This document shows, in pieces, positions 10,583 to 22,593 of a stretch of 64,000 nucleotides of DNA. The notes below the pieces were generated by a model, which saw only the letters and a program-made list of their open reading frames with translations, was not told the DNA's origin and ran no database searches. The stretch spans positions 806,001-870,000 of the forward strand of contig OZ361258.1 in the NCBI GenBank assembly GCA_977018835.1, written 5' to 3'. Positions within the stretch are counted from its first letter, which is position 1. Each line of letters begins with the position of its first letter. Origin of the DNA: Minutocellus sp. GHC0000111 (taxonomy: Eukaryota). A program made the translations under genes and the position numbers.

Positions 10583-13500
10583 TTACACTCGCCCATAGGG
10601 CAAGAAGTTGCGGGGCGGCTTTCCACCATGTTCGTCCATTTGACTCATAAAATATCGAGATGGGCCATCCTCGATACGATCGAGGATGGTCCGAAAGCAG
10701 CGCTTGGCCTGATCCCAGTCCTTGGAATAGTAGGCTTGAAGACCCTCGCTGAACTTTTGGAAGAAAAGACCGTCTGAGAAACGTTGTCGAATCTTCTTCA
10801 GTTCTCTTGAATTCCAAACTCCAGAATTGTACATGGCATTCGAAGACGGCAGGACCAGTGGGGGCATTACCGACGGTACACCTCTTTCGTTGAGTTCACC
10901 GTAGTCAAACTCCAGCAAGGAAGGGCTTCTCTTCAACAAATCGCTGGAGCGCAGGGCAGCATCACGAGATCCATCGGAATTCTTCATTTGGCGTATGCCT
11001 AACAAACTAGTCCGTCGTGCCATTCCGGGTCTAGCAGGAGCAGAAGCTCCCATCGCACCCCTAATGTCTCGTCTGGAATTGGCTGATCCTCCTCCCGAGC
11101 CCTTCATCATCTGCATTCTCCTGTTCACCTTTTTCGTGGGCGTTCCGCTTGTTCTTGGCGACATTATGTAGCTGCTTCCCATAATTGCACTGTGCTCATG
11201 TTCACTGGCAGACTCTGAACCGCCATCGTGCCGAGATCTGGCCGCCGCTCTTTCCATGGAATCCCTCCATATGGCCTCCACGTCCATGTCGTAGGTGTAG
11301 AGTTCGATCTTTTCACTGACATCAAGCAACTCGATCCCGTCCAAATATTCTTCCTCCTCTTCGTTCGGAATGAATATTTGGTCTATCTTGCGACATCTAC
11401 GGCGATTTGCCGAGTCAAGGAGGTTGTAGAACGCATCGGACATTAGCATCTTGAGTCCATACTGCTTCGTTGATGATTCCAGAAACTCGGCGAATTCCAC
11501 TGCCTCTGATATGTATGTAGCATCAAGCTTCCTCTCCGAACCGATCGCGCCCTGAACGGCTTTGCCCATGTGAAGGCCGAAACCCATCTGAACAACAGGT
11601 CCGTGTCGTTTGCCAATCTTTTTCAGCAATCGTTGCCGTGCTTCGTTGCTTAAGGTTTCAATGTAATACTGATCATTGTAGAGCGCAATGCAGATTCGAA
11701 CTACTGCATACAGAGCCTTATCGGCCTGGCACTCCATCTCTACATTTTCCGCGTCTAAAGAGTTGATGAAACTGCTGTTTCTTGGCTTCGGCTTATTTGA
11801 CTTTGATTCGTCCTCCAAGAGCCAGCTCATCAAGAAGGCATCTCCAACATTCTTGTTGGCTGAACCTCCATATGAGTTGCAAACGGAATGAATGACGGAT
11901 GCAATTTGGTTTGTAAAGACAAAAACCTCCTCTTGGAGAGACTCGGTGGCATCTGTAAATTGCCGAATGTCGCAGAATAAAAAGATGCATTTTACGATAG
12001 AGCCCTTACTGTTCAGAGAAATGCCTTCATGTTTCTGTACGTCTTGGGATTGTTGGTCCAAACTTTGGCGGATAATTTCAACTCCGGCGGCACCAAAGCC
12101 AACCTTCATAAGCGATCCAATTCGCAATATGGTCGACATGAGGAAATTACTGGCAAGCGAAACAGTTGTAGGGGGGAGGTCAAAAGAGGTGAGGCTTTCA
12201 AAAAGCAACAATTCTCAAGCGTAAAGAAAACGATGAACGACCAAATGCTAAGCCAAATAGAAATGACTTACGTTTCCATTCCCTTGAGAACGTCCTTGCT
12301 CCACGTCGTATTCTGGAGGAAATCATCCTCCTCGTCAACGAATCGCTTATACCGATCGGTTGTTTGATATCCAAGAGGATCCCGCATTAACATTGAGAGT
12401 AGACGAACCATGCGTTCGATGGGAACAACAACAAGAGTCATCACAGGTCCAGCGAAGGAATTGACTCCAAACAGCCAAATGAAGATGATAAATATTGTCG
12501 ATATGAGACGAACAAGGGCTTGATCACGAGACTGTTGCCCGTAGCTGAAAGTTCCCAGTGTGCTACTACTTCCATCGGTGATGTTGATTTCTAATATTTC
12601 TCTTTCTCGGAGATCTTCTGGGCGAATGGTATCCAGATCATAGTATGTAACATTGCCAGATGCGTCCTCGTAGCTGTAGAGGGAGGGGACGGCACTTTCT
12701 CGGGCTGCTGAAATAGAAATGTCTTTGAACTCATCGCTGACGGCCGTCTGATTGTGAATCACCATAGTTCTGACCGGTGAGTCGTCTACTTCTCTATATG
12801 TGAAAACTACCGTGATAATCAAGGAAAGCATGATACCGATTGCTACACGCTGTCCGGTAATTTCCCTCATGGCAGTGCCGACTTGAGACTCTGACTTCCT
12901 CTTTCCAACAGATGATCCAATAGACGACGTTGATGCCTTTTGACTTTTGGTCAGAGACGATGGCATTATGGATTTGGCCAAACTCTTGGGGTGCACCGAT
13001 GACATGAAATTGTTGCCATTGGACACACGCCAAGCTTTTTGAATTCTCACTGCTGCCTCGTTTGGATCGTCTTCCTTTTCTTTCGAGCGCATTCCCCGGC
13101 ATGTAATGAATGCGACGCATTTTTTGAATGCACTAGCTTCCTCTTCTTGTATTGTGGCAATAGCGGCTGCAGACAACCCAAGGCCTGCGTTGGTGGACCT
13201 CCTTCGACTCCGACCTGTCGCTGCGGCCTCGGCTGCTGCCAATTCCTCGAGGATGGTCCCACCGCTTGTTGCGCCGTCAGTGTTCGATCCACGATATCGA
13301 TTCATCCAGTACGCCGGATATACCCAGTCCGGTAACCAGGCAAAGCTGAAGAAGCGACTAGATGCCTTAACGATCGTTGTCACTCTAATGAAGCGGGCAA
13401 TACGAGCCGTTCTTCCGATGGCGACCAACAGGGCTAAATCCCTCTCAACAACAGAACTTTCATTCAGTGTTTCCCCCTCAGTCTATTGTGGAATGCATGT

Positions 13501-14724
13501 AAGGAGTATCATTCAAGATAAGAGAGACAAAAAGTGAGCAACCAATCCAGTAGGAAATGTCACAGCAAATACCAACAGGGCTTCCAACGATATGCAGGAG
13601 GAAGAAATATAACTTACCGCGACACCGACAGCATTGACTGGCACCGTCAGTACGACACGTTCCTCCAATAGTATGTTGACCCAGCTGATGTCATAGAGAA
13701 GGGTCAGAGTGCTAAGAACGTCGCACCAGAACATGAAGCTGCCAACCTTGATGCAATTTTCTCCCCATCCACTCTTTGTTCCACCGGCAGGCGGTCGCGG
13801 TTTCCGCCTTCCCTGCGCGTCATATCGATAATCCCTGCCGAAGATTTCAAAGACAAAATAAGGTGGGCTGACATAGCACCTCATAGCAATGTCGATCACA
13901 AAGAATGCGAATGCAAACGTGTATAGATAGTTGAAAACGACGTCGGCCTGCTTAGGAAACCAAAGGTATTGAACTGGTTCGCCGAATAGAAGCAGGACAG
14001 TGAAGAGCAAGAATGGTATGCCATAGCCCCATGAGGAGATTACGATGCGCATATTCTCCAACAATTTGGCAGGCGGCTCGTAAGGGCAGCAGAGTAGCTT
14101 TACAAGGAATGTTGCCACAGGACCTCGCTCCTTGTGCCGATCAATGCAACATGGAAAGAGTAAACGTGCCCGATGTGACCACGACGACCATGAACTAGTA
14201 TCGGACAAATTACTTGCCGAACTCGGCGTCAGGGAGGCCTGAGATCCACCGGAACTTCGTATGGACGGCCTCGCTGGTCGGCGACGGGTCACCGATGGCG
14301 GTACTGCGAGTTAAGTGTAGAAAGGTTTGATACGGCGAATCAAATATATGCGATATAAAAATGAATCAACTATTAATCAAACCTTCCTCCAACAACATGT
14401 TCCACCCAACAAAATTCTCGAAAACTCACCCTCCTGAACGATCTTGCCGCCTGGGGCTGACCCAGGTGTAAACTCAAAGCGTTCTGGTCCCTGCTGAGAG
14501 AAGGACGCGCGCTTCTTGTCCTCCATCGAACGCTCCCTACGAAATTGGTTGGGCTGGTACTGCATCGCGCTCTCGTCGCCGCTGTCGTCCTCGTTGAGGG
14601 CCGCCAGGTCCGATCGGCTGCCGGTTCGCAGGATGGACGCCGAGGGACGCCTCGGCAGCACCCCATCGTTGAGGTCTTCCCTGCCACTTTCACCGCCAAT
14701 GTGGCGGAAGGGAGGTTCCGACAT
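10583..14724 (-). CDS. Ion-channel-domain / class III adenylyl cyclase fusion with C-terminal TPR-like helix; exons 14724-14430, 14303-13618, 13482-12272, 12149-10583
   Basis: Three GT-AG introns restore the frame. TM helices plus S4-like GRTARIARFIR; cyclase motifs FCDIRQFT, NKNVGDAFL, GFGLH.G.A..GAIGSERKLDATY; C-terminal F.EGL.AYY..DW..A. Confidence 0.85.
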
Positions 14725-15191
14725 GGTGACGATGAACTACAAAGTCTGAGGTAACGAGCCAGTGCTGAGCTACGTGTAGCTAGGGCGATTGTGCGCCCCC
14801 CCGTCCCCGGTGGAAAACGCCCCCTCAGCTCTGAGCTTCTCCTCGCCTCTCGACTCAACAATTATGCGTCGGTATTTCAGTATGTCTGACGATGTGTCGC
14901 TTTTGAGTGCTTTTCTGCTTACGAATCAAACACACGTGAACAATAGACAGCTCGCAGGGCAGGCGCTGTGCTTGGCCTGGTTGAGGCGGTGTAAGCCGGG
15001 GCTCGATACCACGCATAATGCATCGGCCCGTGGCGTGGGGGCAGGAGGGCGGCCTTCGTGGCGCGGCGGTTTGCGCGGTGGCATTGTGACAAGTCATTCA
15101 GAAAAATTCTTCGTCAGATGGAAACACGGGTTCTTCGCTCGCGCTCTCGATCCCCGGCTCCATAAATCCTTAATCAAAAAAGAACATCAAG

Positions 15192-16047
15192 ATGCTCTCC
15201 CGAGTCGCTACCACCGCCGCCAAGCGCACCGCACCCCTCGTCGTCCGTCAGACGGCCCGATCGGCCTCGGCCGTGGCACTTTCCGGGGCCAGAATTGCCC
15301 CGGCAGCCGCCGCCATCTCTGCCCAGCACGTGCTTCCGATTGCCTCCCCCTCCCGACGTTCCCTCTCCACTGCGGAAGATACCGATCATCACCTCGCCGC
15401 CTATGCCTACGAGAAGTCCTGTTACAACGACATGGACTTCACCATCAACGAGACGGACAGTATGTACAACGCCGTGCAGAAGTTCAGTGCCTTCAAGGTC
15501 GGCAGCTTGGTGGTCGTTGATGGAGAAGGTGCGTTGAAACTTCACGAAGCGAAGGCGGAGAAGGATCGCGTCGGATAGAGGTTCAAGATGCCGAATATGC
15601 CTCAAGGAAGTTATCCCAAAAGTGTGGTATCTGATTAACCCAGCTCATGCGCTCACTCTTTCTCTTTATGCACCTTTTCCTACTTTTTCTTCGGCCTACT
15701 TTCGTTACTGTCCCATCCTGCAGGAAGCCTCACCGGCATCATCAGCGAACGCGACTACATCACCAAGCTTGCCCTCCTCGGGAAGAAGTCCAAATGACAC
15801 CACGGTCAAGGAGGTGATGACGACGGCCGCCAACCTCATCACCGGCTCGCCCGACGACACCGTCGATGCCTGCATGGACAAGATGCTCTCCCGGTCCATC
15901 CGCCATCTCCCCCTCGTCGACAAGGCGAGCGGCAAGGTCGTCGGCCTCCTTTCCATCAAGGACATTATTAAGGTCCTCGTCGAGGAGAAGGATGCCGAGA
16001 TCAAGCAGCTTTCCAAGCTTGCCCTCGGTCAGGATGAGGTTGTTTAA
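15192..16047 (+). CDS. CBS-pair protein (CBSX3-like, mitochondrial presequence); intron 15529-15723; +1 frameshift at ~15792-15795
   Basis: Arg/Ala/Ser-rich presequence; VGSLVV; GIISERDYITKL; then TVKEVMT and IRHLPLVD..VVGLLSIKD in the +1 frame. Confidence 0.85.
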
Positions 16048-16860
16048 ATTGGACTCGTAACGGATGATATCGGATGATAAGGATGAGGAGCTTGGGACCT
16101 AGATGAATGTGTGGTTGGAATGTTGGGAATGCAAGTCAGATGACGGAATCATTTTCGAAAGGCTGAGTGGCAGTCAAGATAGAGGACCGTGGTTGGTGAA
16201 GGAAGGGGGTGGAAATCCAAGTTAAGTTGGGAGTTTTGCCAAACTGATAAATGCAGATCAGTCAAGATGGTAATAGAAATTTTCCAAATAGATGAAAAAT
16301 ACTTTTAATTTGGCTGTGACCACATGTATGTAGGCCTACTGGCTAGTTTGACCACAGTAGGGTACCAATTGGTTGGCGATAACTTTCGATATAAAGTTTT
16401 GCTAAAGTATTATGTATATACGAACAAATAAGATCAGTAGTAAGCAGCTGCTAATTGCATTGCGTGCGAAAAAGACCGTGGTCCAAGGTCGACGGAAAGG
16501 ATTCCATCGAAGGGGCGGGGGAGGGGGACACAAAATCATTTCTCTTCTATTTGGCAACCCAATTCACCAAAGGAAGGATATGATATGTGCAAATATTTTC
16601 GTTTCTCTTGTCGTGACAGTCCCTTTTGTGGCCTCCTCCCCGATGCCCTCCTTCGTGTCCACGGACATGGCCTAAAATATTCTTTCTTTCTTCAAATCAG
16701 AAAAATCGAGGTCTCTCGGCGCTCCATTTATTTGGATCGGTCCAAGGTCTCGATATTGTTATCAATCGATTCGAATTGCTTGTTGTTTTGGTTGTTTTAT
16801 TTTCCCGTGTGCGTTTGGTGAGGTTACTTAGCTCCCCGAGATGAAAGGATGTGGATATAT

Positions 16861-18378
16861 TTACAGGGTGGGGAGCATAGCAAGGTTGACAAGGCTGGAG
16901 TTGGGGCTGAGCATGCCAGGGTAGGCGGCGCCACCGAGCTTGCTGGGGAGGTGGGCCGTGCTGGAAAACAGATCGGTGGCATCCGGGATGGTCGTCGAGA
17001 GCATCTGGGCGATGGTCTGGTGGGCCGAGGACAGCGCGGGCTGGGAGGGGAATCCCGCCGACAAGTCGTTGGTCTTGTCGTTGTCGCTTGAGCTCTTTCC
17101 GGCGTTCATGGCGGCCGTGGCCGGGCTGGGCATCGAGGTGGGGACGGCGGCGACGGTGGTGGGGGAGGGCTGATGAGGAGATTCGGTCATGAGGGGGTTG
17201 GGAACGCTCATGGCAAGGGGATTGGGAACACTGAAGGGCTTGACATCTGCCGATACCTCTCCTTCACGCTTCTCCTGCTGTTGCTGCTGTCCTTGCTCCT
17301 CCACCTTCTTGGCCTGCTGGGAAACCGAGGCGGTGGTATCCAGCGCCTTCTGAAGCAGCTGCTGATGCTGCTGGGATCGCAGAGCCTGGTGGAAGGTCGA
17401 CTCCAGGGAGCTCGTGGCGGGACCCGATGCCACGGCGGGAGGGGGGAGACAAAGATTCTCGGCGGGTCGGCCCCCCATGGAGGCGAGGTTGGTCGACGAG
17501 GACGAGGCCGAGCTCGAGGGAGTTACCTGGCGCCCATTGTCGTTGTGGTTAGCAAGGTTGTTGTGAAAGTTGACGGTGCCTGGAGGTCCGAGCTCTTCGG
17601 CCGAAACGACGAAGGGGTCAAAGTCGGCGCTGAGATGATCGCCAAAGGCGTTGATCGGTGGGGCCCACGCGGCGGCATTGTAGTTGGCATTGTGGTTGTG
17701 GTAGGTGTAGTCCATGGAGGTGGCCTCGGCGTGGAGGTCGGTCTGCGATACGACGGCAATGCCGCTGGATTTACTCTTGCTGCCGTTCTTGGACGACGAC
17801 GAGGACGACTTTCGGATCCGAATTCTCTTGGGCGAATTAGGCTTTCCGTTCTTGCTGCCGGTCTTGCTCTTGCTCTTGCTGGACTTGCTTTTGGAAGACG
17901 ACGACTTATCCTTGGACGACTTGCTGCCGCCCAACTTGGCGGCCTTGGCGGCGGCCAGTGCCGCCTCGCGCTCCCGCTTCTCGATGCCCTTGGTGGCGGT
18001 CTTGCGGCGGATGTTGAGAAGACATCCGAGGTCGGCCGTCGCGGCGTCATTGATGTAGGAGCACGGACTCATCTTGCCCTTGCCCGATATTTTCTTGAAG
18101 CCAAAGTAGTTGAGCTGTCTCTGGAAGCTGGAGTACTTGGAATGGCGGAAGTACTTGCCCAGCACCTCGGTCTCCATGGCGGGAGGATCGTGCACGACGA
18201 TCCGGCCGGCGTCCCACTCGATGAGATGGTGGTTGGCCGGATCGGAAAGCATGCGGGTGAGATGGAAGAGAAACTCGGCGACCGGACGGCATGCGGCCGT
18301 CTTGGGCTGGTGCCGCTGGAGGGCCGCGGCGGCGGCGGCGGCGGCCGCGGTGGGTTCAAAGGACGCGCTGCTGCTCAT
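16861..18378 (-). CDS. Heat shock transcription factor (HSF DNA-binding domain)
   Basis: FLFHLTRML...IEW...[24 protein letters not shown] is the HSF signature; first ATG at 18378. Confidence 0.92.
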   Translation of the reverse strand: MSSSASFEPTAAAAAAAAALQRHQPKTAACRPVAEFLFHLTRMLSDPANHHLIEWDAGRIVVHDPPAMETEVLGKYFRHSKYSSFQRQLNYFGFKKISGKGKMSPCSYINDAATADLGCLLNIRRKTATKGIEKREREAALAAAKAAKLGGSKSSKDKSSSSKSKSSKSKSKTGSKNGKPNSPKRIRIRKSSSSSSKNGSKSKSSGIAVVSQTDLHAEATSMDYTYHNHNANYNAAAWAPPINAFGDHLSADFDPFVVSAEELGPPGTVNFHNNLANHNDNGRQVTPSSSASSSSTNLASMGGRPAENLCLPPPAVASGPATSSLESTFHQALRSQQHQQLLQKALDTTASVSQQAKKVEEQGQQQQQEKREGEVSADVKPFSVPNPLAMSVPNPLMTESPHQPSPTTVAAVPTSMPSPATAAMNAGKSSSDNDKTNDLSAGFPSQPALSSAHQTIAQMLSTTIPDATDLFSSTAHLPSKLGGAAYPGMLSPNSSLVNLAMLPTL

Positions 18379-19324
18379 GGTGGTGGTTGCTGCGCTGTTG
18401 CTCAGGATACTGGTAGCTGCGGGCAATGATGGCGCAGCGGCAAGTGGTGAGAATTTAGATTTGGATTCGGATCGGAATATTTTCGGGGAAACTCGTGCCG
18501 GCGAGGTTGACGGCACGCAATGCGATTCTTGTGGGCGGCGGTACGAAAGATGTGTTGCTCTCTCGAATGAATGAGCTGTCGATCCTTGCGTGACTGTCAG
18601 ACTGTGCAGATGTCATCACTTTTGCCGAAAGATTTATTGCAGCTGCAGCCGAGAATGATTCAGAGGAGTTGGATGATGTGTTGAGCAATGTCGTCGACAA
18701 AAGTGGGCGTGGCGCTCAAAACCACGCGCGAAACAAACACATGGCACATGGCCACGGTAGCGAACCACGTATTTTGTAACAAACAAAAGACAGGGCTAAC
18801 CATTTGGCCTTGATCCCGAAAGATACTTTTGGGTTCCGCATTTCTGAAGATTAGTTAAAATCAATTTTGTAAATATATTTTGTTGACAATAGTAATGAAA
18901 AATCTGAATTTTTTCAAGGTTGCACGAGATCCTTGAAATTCATCTTACCTCGGTGATGTACAAATGAGTCAGGGAATGCGTCAGGGAAACCTCGAGTTTC
19001 TGACCATCTGTTTTGAGGACGCATTTCGCATTCTTTACGATCAAAAAGGTGCGTCACGACTACAGTGCCGATTTGGAGAATGTCCGAGTCGGACTCGAAT
19101 TTTCCGACCGAATCTCAAAAAAACATGATAATTCAGAAATCCAGATACCCAATGACGAGAATTTCAACAAAAGCCTTTCAGAAAGTCATATGTATCATCA
19201 CCAGACACGAGTATTTTTATCTTCCAAAGTAACTACACACATGTGTCAGACCGATCATACCATTTTATACAGACGCGTATATATTTTCTTACAAAGTAAC
19301 TACCATAGTGATTACCACACCTCC

Positions 19325-19374
19325 ATAAGGACGCCGAAGAATGCAAGCCTATCAATAAGGACGCCGAAGAATGC
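19325..19374. repeat. 20-bp direct repeat ATAAGGACGCCGAAGAATGC, two copies with 30-bp period
   Basis: Copies at 19325-19344 and 19355-19374. Confidence 0.9.
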
Positions 19375-19599
19375 TGGTTCTTCACTTCATTCCTCAGATC
19401 CGTTTCTGAACTTTCTGAACGAGTTTCCAACTCAGCCAAGAACAGCAGGCTCAATTGGCCCAACGATCAACAAAGAAACGAAATGAATTTTTCGATCCCA
19501 TGATCCCGATCCAACCACGTGCAGGCGCAGGCTCTACGCAAGAACATTTCATTTCATCTCATCCAAAACGCCTCCTGTCTTCCAAGCAAAAAATAAATA

Positions 19600-19947
19600 A
19601 TGGATCGCGAAGCCTCATCCGCCGCACCGGGCCCCGCCTTCGTGCCCGTCGTGGTCAACACCGAGGAAATGAACGACATCGTCGCCATGCTTTCGTCCAT
19701 GGAAAGAGATTTGGACGGAACCGAGAATCTCGTCCGCCAAGGCCGAGTCAAGAGGTCCACTTCCCGCCATGCCCAAGCGAGACGAAGAAGGACAGACAAT
19801 GCCTCTGCTGATGCCCACGTTGCAACAAGTGCGGCCGTCTCGGCCAACGTTAGCGTGGACAACATCAACAACAACAACAGCCTTCTTTCGAGCTCCGAGA
19901 ACATGCTCGAATCAATTTTGGCAAGGTCACATCATCTTCCTCAATGA
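19600..19947 (+). CDS. Small hypothetical protein (115 aa)
   Basis: GC-rich ATG-initiated ORF between AT-rich flanks; no recognisable domain. Confidence 0.4.
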   Translation: MDREASSAAPGPAFVPVVVNTEEMNDIVAMLSSMERDLDGTENLVRQGRVKRSTSRHAQARRRRTDNASADAHVATSAAVSANVSVDNINNNNSLLSSSENMLESILARSHHLPQ

Positions 19948-20452
19948 CGGAGAAACTCGCATAACACCGACGTTCCATGGAAGCTTCTTCAATTTTAAGT
20001 CTCTACCGGTAACAAGGACTGTGCTTAGGGCATAGGATTTCTATATCTCGAGCTACAACATATTTTGGCGCGGCGCTGCGTCCTGCCCACATATCTCTAC
20101 TTGCTATTAGTAGCTACCTACGTAGCTAGAGAATAGAGAGATGCCCACACACTCAATTTTTTGTCATGTGTCACACTGAGAAAGAGCAAGTCACACGCGC
20201 ATTGCACACATTCTTTCAGCCGAGGCACTTTCGCTATGCTATTATGATATCACATGTTTGCATGTTATCAATTATTAAAAAAGAAATAAGGGGTTTAATT
20301 TTGCAATTATAATTATGACTACACGTGCCAATTGGTAGGAGGCCGCCATGCGCTTTCGTTCATACTTGCTAGTTCTATAACCGTAGATCTACATCTAAAT
20401 GACCGAGTGGCAATGATTTTCCGCCAGGCACCAACATGCCTATCTTCATACC

Positions 20453-20690
20453 TTCAAATATCTTGGCACCCTGCCTCATGCTGTCACTCATGCTGTCGTG
20501 GGACCTTCGAGAATTCAAGGAATTCCAAGCTCGTATCAAAGCGACACACAAGCTCTTTGGCCCGGCGAAGGCCATCTTCTGGGGCAACTCAAGGGTTCCC
20601 TTCGCATTCAGAATGCGATTCTACAATTCCATTATCGTCAATATGATATGTACTCCAGGGGTACGATAGCTTGGCCCTTATGTCGAAAGA
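20453..20690 (+). mobile_element. Degraded non-LTR retrotransposon (RTE-like LINE) reverse-transcriptase fragment
   Basis: FKYLGT at 20453-20470; after a frameshift EFQARIKATHKLFG.AKAIFWGN.RV....R.RFYNSII; then LQGYDSLAL. This matches the RTE pattern FKYLG...EI..RI.KA...F..L...W...LLYGCESW. Confidence 0.7.
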
Positions 20691-21184
20691 AGTCAGGCAC
20701 TACGACCCATTCTGATCCCTACGAATGAGAGATGGCTGAGATCGACATCCACAATGCAAACAGCATATGTTTGTACAAACAGCACATGTTCGTACACTTA
20801 CCAATGTTGCTACCGGCACACCAAGATATGCAGTCTGCACAAGTCCTTGGCTTATAAAAGCAGTCTTTCCGAACTACACGTGCCTCCTACTAGATCTAGA
20901 CCAGCTAGATCTACCGGTCGTTCGTGTAAGAAGGATGTTGCTCAACAGAATTAGATAGAGAAGTTCTTATTTTATAAGTAGTGGAGCACAATCTGATTTG
21001 GTAAAATGTCAGATATGTGTTCTAGAGATGCACACTGCCACGAACTTCTCGGTCTGATTTACATGTAGTAGACTACTTAAGTGAAAAGCCCACTACCTGG
21101 ACAGATAGAGAAAGCGCGTACATGTACTACAATAGCATGTGCAGGTTGGCCCATCCCTGCTCATTCTTCTATCTCGGGCATTTT

Positions 21185-22243
21185 TTAAGCCATAGCTCCT
21201 CTCTTCTTCTCCTTTTGCTTTGGTGACCCCACGGGCTTCAGGGTCATACCCAAAGGCAAATGATACTTCCAACCGCCAAGGTCTTCGTCGATGTAGGTTT
21301 CAATGATGATATCATACGAGGTATCAGGCTCAAATCCCAGCGCCTTGGCCCTTGCGGCCTCAATCTCCTGCTGCCAGCTGTTGACAATCTTCATAATGAA
21401 CGGATCCGGCTCGTGCTTGATGAGTTCCGTGGCATGCTTGCCAGTTGTCCGTTCTAGAGATACGATCATCTCCTTAACGGATACGGTTAGACTGGGCATG
21501 TTGAAGGTTCTAGGTCCGTCTCCTACTTCATCGGCCGTCAGCGTTGCGGCTCGGATAAGAAAGCCCACCGACGCCTTGGGGCTGGCCACTGCGCAGCGTG
21601 TATCGAGGCTGACAGGACAGACAGCGGGCATGTTGGCAACGGGTTCTCGGATGATGCCAGAAATGAACGACGAGGCGGCCTTATTGGGAGCACCGGGACG
21701 GACGGTGATGGTTGGGAACCGGATGCTTATGCCATCAAGGAACCCCTTGCGCGTGTAATCTTCAACGAGCAACTCGCACATGGCTTTTTGAGTACCGTAC
21801 GAGCTCTTTGGGGTGCACGCCTGGCTGTCAGGGATGACCGCGGGGAGGGGCGGGCCAAAGACGGCGAGAGAGCTGGTGAAGACCAAACGGGGGGTGTAAT
21901 TGGCGTCCGCGCGGATGGCCTCCAGCAGGAGCTTTGTGCCCTCCACGTTGACCGCATAACCCAGCTCGAAGTTCTTCTCAGCATCGCCGGAAACCACCGC
22001 CGCCAGGTGGAAGATGTAGTCTGGTTTTCCTGATAGGACCTCCGCGATGCTGGCTTGGTCGGTAATGTCAAATTTGATGGTGTCAATACCAAAGGGAACA
22101 TCCTCCAGAGGCATCGTTGGGGGGATGACATCGGCCAGCGTAACGTGAGTGATTGGCTTGTCGCCGATGGCGCCATCGGCCGCCAATCTGTTGGTCAGCT
22201 TCGTCCCAATGAATCCACTCGCGCCGATAACTAGTACGTGCAT
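21185..22243 (-). CDS. denD: Extended SDR / NAD-dependent epimerase-dehydrogenase, D-erythronate dehydrogenase (DenD)-like
   Basis: GASGFIG, FHLAAVVSG.AE.NFELGY.VN, FTSSLAVFG, SYGTQK (YxxxK), VRPG.PNKAASSF.SGIIREP. Confidence 0.8.
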   Translation of the reverse strand: MHVLVIGASGFIGTKLTNRLAADGAIGDKPITHVTLADVIPPTMPLEDVPFGIDTIKFDITDQASIAEVLSGKPDYIFHLAAVVSGDAEKNFELGYAVNVEGTKLLLEAIRADANYTPRLVFTSSLAVFGPPLPAVIPDSQACTPKSSYGTQKAMCELLVEDYTRKGFLDGISIRFPTITVRPGAPNKAASSFISGIIREPVANMPAVCPVSLDTRCAVASPKASVGFLIRAATLTADEVGDGPRTFNMPSLTVSVKEMIVSLERTTGKHATELIKHEPDPFIMKIVNSWQQEIEAARAKALGFEPDTSYDIIIETYIDEDLGGWKYHLPLGMTLKPVGSPKQKEKKRGAMA

Positions 22244-22593
22244 GTTTGGTATGCTGTAAGGGTGGGGTATTGCCTATTCTATTGTGATATTTATTGAGCA
22301 ATGAAAACAAGAACCCAGAAGAGATGGCGTGCTGAAAGAAGATCGCGATCTCGCTCAAGCGCAAGATCGCCCATGGGCTATTAGCCCATGAGATCGCCGT
22401 CGGGTGATGAACGAACGGACGACGGACAGGCCATCGCCTTGAACGCCATCGCACATGTGATCGATCGATGCGATCGCCAACCAACACAACCCACGCCACA
22501 GCTGACCACCATCTTTCGATCTTGCTGGTATCACCACCTCCCCACCTTCACCTTCCTACTACGCAGTACATGCAAAGCCCTCTCAAATAAACC

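Noticed and set aside
17173..18429. 418-aa antisense ORF over the HSF gene
   Set aside because: GC-rich shadow frame with no recognisable motifs.
19013..19486. 157-aa ORF with a SIRTPKNA repeat
   Set aside because: Non-ATG start, AT-rich, non-coding-like composition; the peptide repeat only reflects the DNA duplication.
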